Source: Podarcis cretensis (lineage: Eukaryota). Taken from it: DNA of 64,000 nt. This document shows positions 36,204-50,047 of the stretch, one piece after another. Numbering within the stretch: the first letter of the stretch is position 1; each line of letters starts with the position of its first letter. The notes beneath the pieces are model-generated. The model worked only from the letters and a program-made list of their open reading frames with translations. It was not told where the DNA came from and did no database searches. The DNA is taken from NCBI GenBank assembly GCA_951804945.1, contig OX638154.1, forward strand, positions 60,512,001 to 60,576,000, in the 5' to 3' direction. Position numbers and translations under genes: made by a program.

Positions 36204-37373
36204 CTATGCTAAGCCATGGTTTCACTTGGCATAATGCGTGAACCAGGCTAATGTTAAGCAGTACACACATCCCTCTATAAACTAGGTACAAGCCTACACA
36301 AACAGATGGAAAATAGGCTAGAAAGGCAGACATATTAATCAACCCTGTTGGATTTACAAACATAGCAAAACATGACTTTTAGTAGGGGAGACAATAAGGA
36401 ACTTTGTCTTTATTCTTGGTCAAAAAGGGGGTCACATCCCTGACCATGAGGTCATTTCCCCCCTTATGTGATACAGTTACCAACAACCACTGACACAACC
36501 AGGCAAGTCCTACACTGCCTGATCCAACCTATTTAAAAAAGCCAAACCCATGCTCCAAGGCAACAGAGGTAACAATAAAAATTTTGTCTTCAAAAAATTA
36601 ATGTATAAATATTAAAGAGTGCTTGCTACCTTTTGTTGCATTTCTTGTGGGGAAAACCCCCATCATCAAAGTGTGGAAAGAGTTCGCCTTGCCTATGTGT
36701 CTTGGTAAACGGCCGTAAGACAGTTCATACTGCCAGTTCAATTGATTGTCTGCAGTGTGTAAAAATGGGACAATTTAGACTGTTGTTATTATGCACGATT
36801 ATTGTGATGTACAGCTCTGACCTTTCTGGATAATATCTTGACTGTTCCCTGCAGCTTACCTGCAAGAAAACAGCCAAACTCATTTTCCCTCAGGTCCCTC
36901 CTTAAACAAATAAATCAGTGTGCTCACTGATTGAAATATTTCACTACCCATCAAGTTTGCTCTCTCCTTCCATTCTCTCAGACCAGCCTCCCTGACCTCA
37001 GTGTCACAGAGCAGTGATTAAATTTTAATGACATATAGCATCCAGCAGTAAGTCTAAGTAGTTATGCACAAATAATGCAGTTCTGTATAAAATTCAGCTA
37101 AATGGCTGATAGGACTTGGTGTATATTTTTAGCACAGCCAGTCAAAGTACTGGCAGTCCCCCTGTCCCCAACTCCTTTAACCTTTTTCTTTTTGCAACCC
37201 TCCCAACCTAATTGCAAGACATTAATTTTTGATGTCAGAAGACACTGGATAGAAATCTGGATCCGACAAAGAAGAGTAAAAACCTTAAAAATCAGAAAAA
37301 TGCATGTTTATCTTCCTCGTGATTTATGTAGCTAGTGCGTCATAGAAGATTTTTTGTTTTTCTTTCTTCAAAT

Positions 37374-37482
37374 CACAGAATCATAGTAGAGTTGTAAGGC
37401 ACCCCCAAAGGTCATCAAGTCCAACCCCCTACAATGCAGAAATCTCAGCTAAAGCATCCATGACAGATGGCCATACAACCTC
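37374..37482 (-). mobile_element. CR1 LINE 3' end
   Basis: CACAGAATCATAG...GGTCATCAAGTCCAACCCC...GATGGCCATACAACCTC. Confidence 0.75.
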
Positions 37483-37729
37483 TATGCATTTCTTCAAATG
37501 AAATAAAAATGGAATGCATCAGTGTAATACAAGTCTAATGCAACAACAAGGCAGAGATATTTCAAAAGCATAAGGCTTAGATCCATAGAAAACTACATAA
37601 ATGCTTCTCAAGGCATATGAATTAATATAGAGACAGAGCAATTTTAATGTAAAGATTACAGGTAGGTTTTGTTAGCATTCTAGATTTTGCTTCAAACATA
37701 CCCTAAGAGGCACAGGCTATGTGGGCTTA

Positions 37730-38353
37730 AGGTAAAGGTAAAGGTACCCCTGACCATTAGGTCCAGCTGTGGATGACTCTGGGGTTGTGGTGCTCATCTC
37801 GCTCTATAGGCTGAGGGAGCCAGCGTTTGTCCAAAGACAGCTTCCGGGTCATGTGGCCAGCATGACTAAGCTGCTTCTGGCGAACCAGAGCAGCGCACGG
37901 AAACATTGTTTACCTTCCTGCTGGAGCGGGACCTACAGTGGTGCCTCACAAGACGAAAAGAATCCGTTCCGCAAGTCTCTTCGTCTTGCGGTTTTTTCGT
38001 CTTGCGAAGCAACCCTATTAGCGGCTATTAGCGGCTTAGAAAAAGGGAGAAAAAAGCGAAAAAAATCGCAAGACTCGCAAGACGTTTTCGTCTTGCAAAG
38101 CAAGCCCATAGGGAAATTTGTCTTGCGAAGCGCCTTGAAAAACGGAAAACCCTTTCGTCTAGCGGGTTTTTGGTCTTGCGAGACACCACTGTATTTATCT
38201 ACTTGCACTTTGACGTGCTTTCAAACTGCTACGTTGGCAGGAGGAGGGACTGAACAACGGGAGCTCACCCCGTCACGGGGATTTGAACCACCAACCTTCT
38301 GATCGGCAAGTCCTAGGCTCTGTAGTTTAGACCATAGTGCCATCCGCGTCCCT
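37730..38353 (-). mobile_element. Sauria SINE interrupted by a Tigger-like MITE
   Basis: 12-bp TSD TATGTGGGCTTA (37718-37729 and 38354-38365). The SINE body is split at the TA of ACCTA|TTTATCT. Confidence 0.92.
37936..38191. mobile_element. Tigger/pogo-like MITE, family A copy 2 (nested in SINE)
   Basis: Same TIRs as 31270; duplicated TA at 37934-37935 and 38192-38193. Confidence 0.92.
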
Positions 38354-40719
38354 TATGTGGGCTTATATATAATGAAAACAAAACACTGTATGTAATACTC
38401 AGCTACCTCCATGTCTTCAGTTAAATCTTCTGCCCACTTCTCGCTTACATGAGTAGCTGTGTTTCATAGGGAAAGTTACACACTCCAAATGAAAATTCTT
38501 TGGACAAGGAGCGGAAAGTCTGGTTTCACATGACCAAGGAAACTAAACACGTCAAACTTATCATCCCCACAGAACTCTTAAACTACTTGGAAGGATATGC
38601 TGGAAGGATATGCTTAAGCATGAGGGCTGCCAATCAATATCTGCTATGGAAACCTGCATTTCAGCAGCAGGACCTACATAACCATGTGCAAGACTGAAGC
38701 CTGTATGGTCAGAATGTGCCCTTTCCTGCAACTCTGAATTGTCTGTGATCATTAGATGAGCCACATAGTCCCTTCCAATCTTTGTAAGTGTGATATTCTT
38801 CCTACATTCCCTTCACTCTGAGGATTAAGCAGACCCCTTAACATAGCTCTTATTCCTACTGCGATTTCATTAATAATACACAACTGATAACAAAAACTGT
38901 TTTACAAACCATAGTTGAAAAATGCATTACACACTGCAGAAGCAATGTTTTAAAAAAACAACAACAATGCAATGTGACATTTTTGTTTCCCTTAACAGAC
39001 ATCAGGTACACAAACACAAACGGGACATGTCTCTGAAACTCTCCATAACATATAAAAACACTGATACATATTTAGCTATGGTTTGGGATATTTGCTGGAA
39101 GGATAAAATGGGATGGTGGAGATAACCATATATGCCACCTTGAACTCCTTGCAGGAAATACAGGATATAAATTTAATTATGATATATATAAAAGTAAGGA
39201 AAGAAAACACAACAATAAGTGTGTAATATATTCTTTGCTTCCAACGTTTATAAACCATTTTCTTTTTCTTTAAGAGTGTTTTGGGGGGAGAGGTGGAATT
39301 ACTACATACTGATTAAATTTTGATACAGTATTGGAGTTAAATAGAACAGCAGGCCACCAGTTGGCCATTATTATTATTATTTTTCATAATAATAATAATA
39401 AAATGCAAAGCAGGAAAAATCTTTCAGAAGAGAATTAAACCACTAGTAAGCACTTTAGGAAATCCTACTGCTAGTGTTTTAAAGGGTTTATCCAGCTGAG
39501 TTAGTCGATTAGCAGACTGTTAAATCATTGTGGAGATGTGTTTGGAATTATAAACATCCTTGTGTATACTCAGGAAATCTTGGAAGAACACACATAACCT
39601 CACTTATCTGTAAGGCCTGCATAGTATCAAAATGTTTAGAAAATCAGCTGTTTAATAAACAGAAATTATTTGTAAATCATACACACACACTTATACAGGG
39701 TTATACGGGCACACATTGTGGATTTAAATAGCCATGGTTTGTGGATACCAGAAGTTTAATCAAAGGATATTTCACTGCAATAGAAAACAAAACAAAATAA
39801 ATATGATGATATCCTACTACACCCATGGTGGATATAATTTTACACTTGTCATTTTCCTGATACTGTAGGCTGCTTTTCTTCTTTCTAGATTTTCTGTGTT
39901 GTACTTTTTGAAATATGCTGTGACATATAGGGAAAAAATGATAAGAAATGGAAAGACGAAATAGGCTCCATTTACTTTAAGTGGGTAATTTTCTCTTGTG
40001 CAAATTTTCCAGGATACCAACATGAAAATATTTATTTGCAAATACCACTTATGAGGCTATGAAACCATACAGTGGTTCCTCACACACTTTCTCCAGTGAC
40101 TCTACGCACTGGAGTATCCTATTTATTTATTTATTTATTTATTTATTTATTAAAATTTAAACACTATAAAACTAAATAAAATCATATTTGGGTGGAAGAG
40201 GTAGATAATATATTCCCAAAAGGCTTATTTTTACACCATTCAGCAACCGTAAGTCATGATGCCAGCAAGAATGAAGCTTTGTCCCATGCTGAAATTAAAC
40301 CTCCAATCAAATCTATCATCATTACAGTTAGTGATTACAATTTGCAAATCACTAGTTAAAAAGCCAGGTCCATGGGGAATTTTAATTTTACGTCTTGTAG
40401 CAAAGTGTGATAATACTAAGAGACCCATGTAAATCTTGAGATTCTGGGAAGATTAGCTTGCATTCATAACAACCCTTGGGCAAGAGATGGTGAAGCAGAT
40501 GTATGTCTGCAATATTTCAATATTCAGCATCAAGGTTTTAAGCCTTTAAGCCTTAAGATGCCCCCAAAATAGACGGTATGAAGAGAACTCAGAACCAAAA
40601 CAGCACATTGCATAGTGAAAACCATGCCACACACGCCATCTAAACAATTAACCCACTAATCCGTACATTAACCCAATAAATATCAGGGATCACAATGAGC
40701 TAAATACCATATACAACCT

Positions 40720-40840
40720 GGCTTGCAAGGATAGCTCAGTCAGTAGAGTGGTAGAGTGGGTCTGAGCCCCACATTGGGCAAAAAGATTCTTGCATTCCAG
40801 GAGGTTGGACTAGATGACCCTCATGGTCCCTTACAACCCA
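40720..40840 (+). mobile_element. Degenerate tRNA-headed SINE with CR1-derived tail
   Basis: GGATAGCTCAGTCAGTAGAG head and GGTTGGACTAGATGACCCTC tail. Inverted relative at 54565-54712. Confidence 0.65.
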
Positions 40841-41787
40841 AAATTTTTACAATAGGTAGTGCTGAACGAGAGATGGAACTCTGACAAAAGTGCCCTATAC
40901 AGGTTTTGAAGAACTTGTATGGAAACCGAACAACATGAATGGACACAACCCAAATTTCTTGAGATTCAAGGTTCTTCCTCCCTCCCCGCCCCCCAAAAAA
41001 GTTTCTTAATTACATTACATTACAAAAGTGAAGAACAAAACGCAAGACTTCATAGGGCATACCTGTTCCACCAGCTTTGCCTTATTGACCTTCCTTTCCT
41101 GCCTAATACAAAACTGTAAGCCTGCAGACAAAGCCAGCGCTATTTTTCATTTCTTCACAGCAATGTTAGGTGCTTTATAAATAAACACCGTATTTATTCT
41201 GGAGTAGCCAATCTACTGCAGAGCATCTATTGAAAATGCCGGGACCTCAAGCATCAGCAGATGACAGAACCAAAGGAAAATTGTTAGCAGGCCTCCTTCA
41301 ATAAAGAGGCTTTAAAGTTGTGGATGTGATAAATAGCCGCATGCTTACTTTCTCTGCTTCAAACTTGGATTACACCAGGTATCCTTTGTAACTGGCTGCT
41401 GTACCGTAAACTTACAAGACGTTGAACTTTTGAACCGTGGCACAATGGCTTGCTCTCAAATGGTTTGCTATCAAAGATTGCATTAGGGTAAAATGCTCCT
41501 TTTCTTCAAAAACTGTCAAACAAACTCACTATATATAATTGCTTCACATTCCTCATGGCATGAATAGCAGGGGTCTCACTAGACGGTAATGTTCTATCAG
41601 CATTATTATTACACAATCATTCAAACCCTGGAACTCAGCAATTAGGACTTACCATTAGGATTCAATTGGAAATATACACCAAAAAAATAAACTCTAGATT
41701 TTAGGGGACCCTACAAACACTGAAGTAAATAATATTGGAGATTTAGACAGCAATTCTCCACACAACTGCATAGTCATAAGTCTCACT

Positions 41788-42125
41788 TGAATTCAGGGGG
41801 GTTTACTTCTGAGAAGACTGAAAGGAGATATGATAGCCATCTTCAAATACCTAAGGGCTGTCTCATGGAAGATGAAGGAAGCTTGTTTTCTCCTGCTCCA
41901 GAGGGTAGGACTCAAACCAATGTATCCAAGTTACAAGAAAGGAGATTCCAATTAAACACAAGGAAGAACTTTCTTAAAGTAAGAGCCGTTCGACAGTGGA
42001 ATGGACTCCCTTGAGAGATTGCAGACTTTACTCCCTTGGAGATTTCAAAGCAGAGGTTGGATGGCCATCTGAAATGGATGCTTTAGTTGAGATTCCTGCA
42101 TTGCAGGGGTTGGACTAGATTCTAT
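41788..42125 (+). mobile_element. CR1 LINE 3' fragment
   Basis: Encodes [28 protein letters not shown], a CR1 ORF2 C-terminus, and ends in GGGGTTGGACTAGAT. Confidence 0.85.
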
Positions 42126-42876
42126 ATACGTCTATCATTGTGCACACGTACTGGTAGATTTTTTTGTCCCCAACCTGCCTTCCTTTACAATCAGCTGCCA
42201 TGATTGTATTGCAGTGGACTCACTCCATGCCTGAGAAAGCTTAAGGCCAATTGTGGTTTTATGGTCTTCCTAATCACCATCTTAGTTTTCCAAAAATGCA
42301 AAAGCTACATCACTGAGGGACGCTGTGGGCAACAATTATGGTAGCTTCCCCAATAACACTGGAACTGCTTTAAAAAACAAAAAACAAAACCAAAAACAAT
42401 TTAATGGAAATGTAGGATTTCCAGGGTATTGCATTTTGGAGAAACTAAGATGACTGTTGGCAGCCAGAACAGCTGCCTCAGTAGCCATTACAGTGGGCAG
42501 TGGGCTGTGACCACTCTTGAAAGACCTGTTTTACTGGTGTGGTGCTGATTATGTAGCTTGGGAAAATACAAGCTAATTTTACATCGCAACATGTCACACT
42601 GATGTAAGAAGCACCCAGCTCACAACTCTCTCCACATCTACAGTTTCACCACCAACACACTCTTGGGAGCTGGAAAACAAGGAAAATAAAAAGTGAAGAA
42701 ATACAGTTGTTAGTGCCAAACCCTAAGTCATTGCCTAATTTCCAGTTTAGCAGAAAGCCATGAGAGTTATTGCCAGGGGAAACTAATATTAAAAAAAATG
42801 TGCACCTGAAATAAGGATTCACATTTGGATTTTGAATACATTTGCATGAAGTTTTCTTTCACCTTAGTATGAAATA

Positions 42877-43094
42877 CAGTGGTACCTCGGGTTACAGACG
42901 CTTCAGGTTACAGACCCCACTAATCCAGAAATAGTACCTCGGGTTTACTTCAGGATTACTACAGAAATTGCATAGTGGCGGTGTGGCGGCAGCGGGAGGC
43001 CCTATTAGCTAAAGTGGTCCCTCAGGTCAAGAACAGTTTCAGATTAAGAACAGACCTCCAAAATGAATTAAGTTCTTAACCTGAAGTACCACTG
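42877..43094. mobile_element. Tigger/pogo-like MITE, family B
   Basis: TIRs CAGTGGTACCTCGGGTTA / TAACCTGAAGTACCACTG with TA flanks. Confidence 0.88.
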
Positions 43095-44137
43095 TACATG
43101 TTTTTCTCACTGCATGTATCAATAATTTTCATATCACAAATATGTGGTAATTTGGCACACAAAAATATGTTTATGACATTAATGTTTCATTTACAATCAT
43201 TCCAGAACTGCCTCAAACTTTATATCTTGAATGTTCTATCCTTAATAAAGCTATCATTGGAGATGTAATTTATCATTCGTGAAGACTAAGATTAATCAAT
43301 GAACTAGAGGTTAACCTATCAGACAACATCAACCCAACATACTGAAATGAATATCGCTACTCAAAAGGAAGCTCCTCATGTAATTCAGTTCATTTGATTT
43401 TCAGGTGATAATATATTGCTAGGAAGAAAGAGAAAAATAAGACTTTTCTGCAGCATGTTAAAATTTGTGCTTTGTAATTTACCAAAAGGAAGAAAATGAA
43501 TCATGTGGAATCATTCCATACTTATTATAGAACTAGCACTAAAGAGAACATTTTCTTTCGAAACTGTCTCACCTATAAAGCAAATATCACTAAACACATT
43601 CATCTACCTGATTTAGAGGGCTGTGCACTAACTAGCCTCAACCAAATCCTGAATCCTGAACCAAAATGGGTCAGTTTGGGTCAACCCAAGATTTCTTGAC
43701 AGCTTTTTCTTTGTAGCCCCCCTTGATTTCTTGAGGCCATCCCTTTTGTACATAGAAGTTCCTAGTTTTTTGAAAATGCTAACTTGGAGTCTAAGGCTAT
43801 ACATCTTTACGTGATTCTGACTTGAACTGTTTGCAAGCACAGGAGCGAAGCTATGTAGTACAATCCTATGCATGTCTATTCAGAAATAAGCCTCATTGAC
43901 TTTAATGACACCTACTCCTACCTAAGTGTTTACTGGACTGCAGCCTCAATGCATTCGAAAGCAATTCATTTTCAACTTAAAAACCAAGGATGCAGCCTTG
44001 CAACAACAAACATGGAAAGACCAAGAGAAAAGAACACAAGGAGCTGGAAATGTGTGCAGCATTTCTATACAGGCACAAGATACATTAGGTCTCCATTTGT
44101 TTAGAATGTTTGAGATTCGAAGATATAAGAATATGTA

Positions 44138-44827
44138 CAGTGGGGGGGGGGGGAGAAAGTATTTGATCCCCTGCTAAATTTGCCCATTTGCCCTCTGAGG
44201 AAGAAATGACAAGTCCATAATTTTAATGGTAGGTTTACTGTAGCTGTGAGAGACAGAATAACAACAGGAAAAACCCCAGAAACCCAGAAGACAAAAGTCA
44301 GAGATTGATGTGCATTATAATGAGTGAAATAAATATTTGATCGCTTTGCAAAAGATTACTTAGTACTTGGTGGCAAAACCCTTGTTGGCAATTACAGAGG
44401 TCAGACGTTTCTTGTAGGTGGCCACCAGGTTTGCACATATCTCAGGAGGTATTTTGTCCCACTCCTCTTTGCAGATCCTCTCCAATTCAGTAAGATTTCA
44501 AGGCTGATGTGTAGCTACTCGAACCTTCAGCTCCCTACACAGATTTTCGATGGGATTAAGGTCTGGAGACTGGCTAGGCCACTACAGGACCTTAAAGTGC
44601 TTCTTCTTGAGCCACTCCTTTGTTGCCTTGGCCGTGTGTTTTGGGTCATTGTCATGCTGGAATACCCATCCTTGACCCATCTTCTGGGTTTCTGGGGGTT
44701 TTCCTGTTGTTATTCTGTCTCTCACAGCTACAATAAACCTACCATTAAAATTATGGGTTGGTCATTTCTTCATCAGAGGGCAAACAGGCAAATTTAGCAG
44801 GGGATCAAATACTTTTCTCCCTCACTG
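44138..44827 (-). mobile_element. Internally deleted Tc1 transposon with long TIRs and transposase C-terminal remnant
   Basis: ~150-bp inverted repeats (44138-~44290 and ~44680-44827) with TA flanks. The minus strand translates to [42 protein letters not shown]...[10 protein letters not shown], containing the second D and the E of DD34E. Confidence 0.92.
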
Positions 44828-44924
44828 TATGTGCAGAAGAATCATACCATATTTCATTGACTCATTACACTCCCTATATAAGTGCAAAATATTTGTCAAA
44901 AATCAAAGACCTAACAGATGTTTA

Positions 44925-45134
44925 GTCGGGGACGCAGGTGGCGCTGTGGGTTAAAGCCTCAGCGCCTAGGGCTTGCCGATCGAAAGGTCGGCGGTTCGAA
45001 TCCCTGCGGCGGGGTGCGCTCCCGGTGCTCGGTCCCAGCGCCTGCCAACCTAGCAGTTCGAAAGCACCTCCGGGTGCAAGTAGATAAATAGGGACCGCTT
45101 ACCAGCGGGAAGCTAAACGGCGTTTCCGTGTGCG

Positions 45135-45171
<37 letters not shown>

Positions 45172-45312
45172 CCAGAGCAGCGATGTCACGCTGGCCACGT
45201 GACCCGGAAGTGTCTCCGGACAGCGCTGGCCCCTGGCCTCTTAAGTGAGATGGGCGCACAACCCCAGAGTCTGTCAAGACTGGCCCGTACGGGCAGGGGT
45301 ACCTTTACCTTT
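44925..45312 (+). mobile_element. Sauria SINE, young CpG-rich subfamily
   Basis: A and B boxes intact. 13-bp TSD TAACAGATGTTTA (44912-44924 and 45313-45325). Internal (GGCTCT)6. Confidence 0.94.
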
Positions 45313-46280
45313 TAACAGATGTTTAACCTATCCCAAGCAGTGAGATGGAGAAAGGATATTGGTTTTGTGTGTGTTGTGTCTGTCACCACATCGGGCTGCC
45401 TTTGACTTCCTTTTTGGCATGTGGATCTCTTGTTTTGTGGCAGGTTGTACTTTATGAAGAAAAGAAACCTTGCACTGTTGCTGTAAGTAATACAACGATC
45501 CCTTTAAAATATTACAGTATGTAATCCTCTGCAAGTTAACTACATGCCGAGTGTAGAAGAATCGCTTTTGATCATTCCAAATTTATCTGGCACTAATTAG
45601 AGCTTAATAAAAAGGAGAAAAAATGCAGGCAGCAATTAATTCCCAGGTGCGCTAACAAGGTACAGGAAAGTAGGATTCTTGCATGACATTGCCAGTGTCA
45701 TTGTAAAACAGGAAATGACTAGCTGAGAATCCACCAGCAAATGAGGGTGACACTCTCACTGAAGAAAAGTCATCCATGCTACATTTTCCACAACGAAAAG
45801 GAGGGAAATAGATTCTGGAAAGGTCCCTAATTTCATGGTTTGGCAGATGCATAGTTAGGACACAATATGAAGTCATGCCTATCAGGTGAATCTCATTTTG
45901 CAGTGAAGTATTAATCTGCTGCTAATACACTTTATACCTTATAGTTTGAAGGAGAATAATGGCATACATGGAAGATGTCAGGATTCAGCCCCAGCTGCAC
46001 ACTGGAGCAAGGACAGGAAGAAAGGATATAATTTAACTGCATATTTTATTTTGTAAAAGTGAACTGAAAATTGAAGTATTAATAAAATATTTGCCACAAT
46101 GGCTGTTGATGAACTAAACAGCAGTTCGCTTTTATGAAGACAAGGTGGCTCACATTAAAGTTTAAAAGGAAGTGTGAGTTTTTCATTAATTACCCTGATG
46201 CTAGCTTGCATTAAAGGCACAGCTGAAAGCTTAAAGGGAGGAAAACACAAGGTACTAACTTGCCCCAAATCTTACCTAAA

Positions 46281-46311
<31 letters not shown>

Positions 46312-47759
46312 CCTTTCAATTGGCTGGAAATAGAATCATTTGTCCATTACAAGTGATCTGTTTCTAATTGGTACATAAGCCAATTCCAATTACTTCATAG
46401 TAGCTCTATTAATATATGGGACTACTTGGAATCAAGAAGGTTGTGGTTTTGATTTTTACTGAAATCTGAGTAATGGCAACTGGCATTTAGATTGGTCTTC
46501 AGGGTACGTTCTTTTGACTGTCATTTATCCCAAGTAGAACTTGAAGGACATTGTGCATATGACATTGAATAGCCTTATTATCTTGCTAAGTACCGTAAGT
46601 AAAGCCACAAATCATCATCTTTAAATGTGTATTAACACTTCTGCTGCTGGCTTTGCTTTCCAAGTGTGATCACATTTCTCAAATAATGTTTATTTTGCCA
46701 CAGACATTTCTAAAACCATAATTGACTGATGGTATATATTCATATTTAATCTTAGAAGTAAACTAGAAAGGCTTCCTACAGGTCTCTCAAAACCGTAGCT
46801 TACTGCAGAAAAGAGGAAATGTCTAGCATTGCTATTTAATTACTTGCTGAAATAACATGCAACCTCTTGCTGTTTTTAATGTGATGTACTTTTCTTCAAC
46901 TGTATTTAACAATATATTGAATAACCCTTATTACCCTAAGCAAATGATTTTTTTCATACAAACCTGTACTGCAGAAAATGAAAAAAGTTTAATTGTCTAT
47001 GTTCACCTTTTAAGGAGATTCCATAACTGTGTGGCAGTTTTCTACAACTTTTTTTAAAAAACCATGGTCTCAAAAATTACTATGTCCCTAAAGTACAGCA
47101 GGTGCTTAAAAAGAAATACCACTGGTTTCCATCGATAATGCTCATCAAATTTCAGTTTAAATGTGACACTGACATGTTGAAAACACTTATGTGGGTAGGT
47201 GCTTTACATAATTTCTCTGTCATTTAGCTGCTATCCAACATGAGCTTCCTTGGTTTGCCAGCTTTCAACCTCCCTCCCAATGAAGCCTTTCTTTTTTCTT
47301 TTTTCTTCTTTCTGCTAACAGCATATATATAGCCCATCCTGTATGAAAGACTTGTAGCAAGGCTTTATCCCATTCCTTCTGTCCACTAGTGACTTCCTAA
47401 TTCCCTGCCTCTGCTAAGCCTCTATTCTTCATGTTGTGCCTCATCCACACCCATAGTCCTGTTTCTAAGCCAATGGCATGACCTCACTTTAGCCACTCTG
47501 CCTCTGGGTCTAGCTTTCTTACCTTATGGGTTTTCTTCCATTCAGCCTCCAACAACTACACACTTCTGTTCCCAAACCTCATGTAAAGAGCCAAATAAAT
47601 GATAATTTTATTCTTTATATGCCTCCAATCTGACTAGGTTGCCACTTCTACTTCCATCACAGAAAATAATCACTGTGTGGTACAACTCCACAGGACAAGC
47701 CATAAGTGTGATCAGCTCCCTAGTTTTTGCCCAGTTGCAACCACACCACCAACAACGTA

Positions 47760-48115
47760 CAGTGGTGCCCCGCAAAACGAACGCCTCGCAAGACGGAAAA
47801 CCCGCTAGACGAAAGGGTTTTCCGTTTTGGAGGCGCTTCGCAAAACGAATTTCCCTATGGGCTTGATTCACAAGACGAAAATGTCTTGCAAGTTCCTGCG
47901 GGGTTTTTTCCCTCCCCCCCCCCTCTTCCTAAGCCCTAAGCCGCTTATCAGCTGATCCGCTGATAAGTCGCTTATCAGCTGATCCGCTAAAAGCCGCTAA
48001 ACCGCTAATAGTGCTAATCCGCTAAACTGTCAATGGGCTTGCTTCGCAAGACGAAAAAACCGCTATACGAAGAGCCTCACGGAACGGATTAATTTCGTCT
48101 TGCGAGGCACCACTG
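47760..48115. mobile_element. Tigger/pogo-like MITE, family A copy 3 (opposite orientation to copies 1 and 2)
   Basis: Same TIRs, TA flanks, interior is the reverse complement of the 31270 copy. Confidence 0.9.
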
Positions 48116-48999
48116 TACTTCCACATGGATTGTAGAGATCTCAGAGGCCCTGTTGTAAGTGTGCACAGAGGAAAAAATAATTTTCTGCAGAGTTGCATTG
48201 GGTCCTGTTTCAACATGTGACTCAAATGTTGACAGGCTTTCAACATCTGGTTAGTTTTGCTTCAGTGTGGCTTGTTCTACTTGCTTATTATATATAGCAT
48301 TGGAATTGTTTGCTGTTAACGAGATTGATTCATTCAAATTGTATTTTAGGACTGTATTTATGTTTACTCCATTGTGAGCCTTTCTGAGCATTACTGTAGA
48401 AGAGCAGGATGCAAATGATAAAGTCAACCCCTCTTGCAACAGTGTGCCTAAAATTTCTCCAGCTATATGAAGAGCCACTCAATAAGATAGTTTACCACCT
48501 GCAGCTGTGCCACACAGACAAGAAATCTTGATAGAAAACAACCTTTATGTGGAGTAGTTTGAAGCATAAAAACGACTGGCATACAAACAATTTCCAAATA
48601 TGAGGTGGGTCCATACAAATAAGATTATATAGCATGAAGTGATTTTTTTTAAAAGAAAACTTCTTGCACAAACTTTCTATTTGAAGGGAAAAGAAAGCTA
48701 TTATTTTCCAGTGAGACAGAGAAGGCAGGGAGCAGGACACTGTGGTTATAGAAAGGCACTGAGGCTGGGACTGCTCTGACACTGGAGGGAACGGGGAGGG
48801 GAAAGGGAAGGCAGCCAGGCGGCGGATGCCAACTCTCCTCATCTTCTTGCCACCTCCAGCAAGCGCTGCGTTGCTCCTAATACATGTAGAAATGATGACA
48901 CACACACACACACACATTGTGATTCACAATACATTGCCAGGTCAAATATTATGAAATCGCCATCACAATGTGGCCTTCGAACCATTTTTGGATGGTGTA

Positions 49000-50047
49000 C
49001 CAATTCATCGCTCATCCCTACCCCATGATGCTTAACCATCTTCTACATGAAGCCACTAGTAGGTTTGGGCTGCAGTACCACCAGTGTGCTGACAACATTC
49101 AGCTCTATCTATCCTTTCCTTTCTATGCTCAGATCCCAAGGAAACTGTTGAAATCCTAAACAGGTGATTAGAAGCATTTTCGGGATGGATGCTATCAAGC
49201 AAGCTGATGTTGAATCCAAGTTGTAGGTGGAGATTCCCAGCTCTGGAAAGACCAAGTATGCAGTCAGGAGCACAGTGGGTTCAGCACTGATGGAAGAGTG
49301 CTTTCTACTAGCTTTGGCTGCTACATCAAATGAACCCCTATCTGGACAGGGCTGACCTTGCCACACTGATCCATGCTCTGGTTCTGTCAATACTGTAATT
49401 TGATCTATGTGAGACTGCCTTTAAAATGGTTCTGAAACTTCAGCTGGTCAAAGTCCTATTGAGGGTGAGGCAGTCACATCTGTGACACCTTTACTATTTC
49501 AACTGTGTTGGTTACTGGTGCGCTTCCAAGCCCAATTTAAAGTGCTGTTTTTTATATTTAAAACCCTAACTGTTTTGGACCTATTTATTAGACCACCTGC
49601 CCTCGAAACATTCTGTGTGTGCTTTAATATCTGCTTTGGAGGCTCACCTGGTGTGTCCACCCACTTAAGTTGGTAAGAGTTGTGGTCATAAAGGAGAGAT
49701 GCTTCTCTGCTGCAGCCCCATAATTATGGTATTCCTTTCCTTTGGACCTGCATCAAACTTATGCATTGCATGATTTTTGAAAGGCCCTGAAGACGCCGCC
49801 TGCAAATTGGTCTTCCAGGCAATATGTTTTAATAGCTAGGTGATTGACTGATTGTTGTTGTTTTCTGACTCTGTGGCTACATTTTCTTATGTGGAGTGTT
49901 GTCAAGTTGTAGTTTTAAATACTGATATTTTGTATTATTGTTCTTTTCTCTTTCTATTGTTTTTATTGTGAGCCACTTTGGATGAGCATCTGGTCAGCAA
50001 AGTGGCCTAAACATATTTAGAAGTTAACAAAGAAACAAACAAACAAA
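49000..50047 (+). mobile_element. Old L2 LINE fragment
   Basis: YHQCADNIQLYLSF (decayed YADD motif) and LLVRFQAQFKVL; ends in an AAAC-repeat tail. Boundaries approximate. Confidence 0.7.

Noticed and set aside
35880-36290. Recurrent AAGCCATGG/AAACCA motifs (also ~5340-5530 and ~12870-12990)
   Set aside because: Probably an old degenerate repeat family, but I could not define termini or TSDs.
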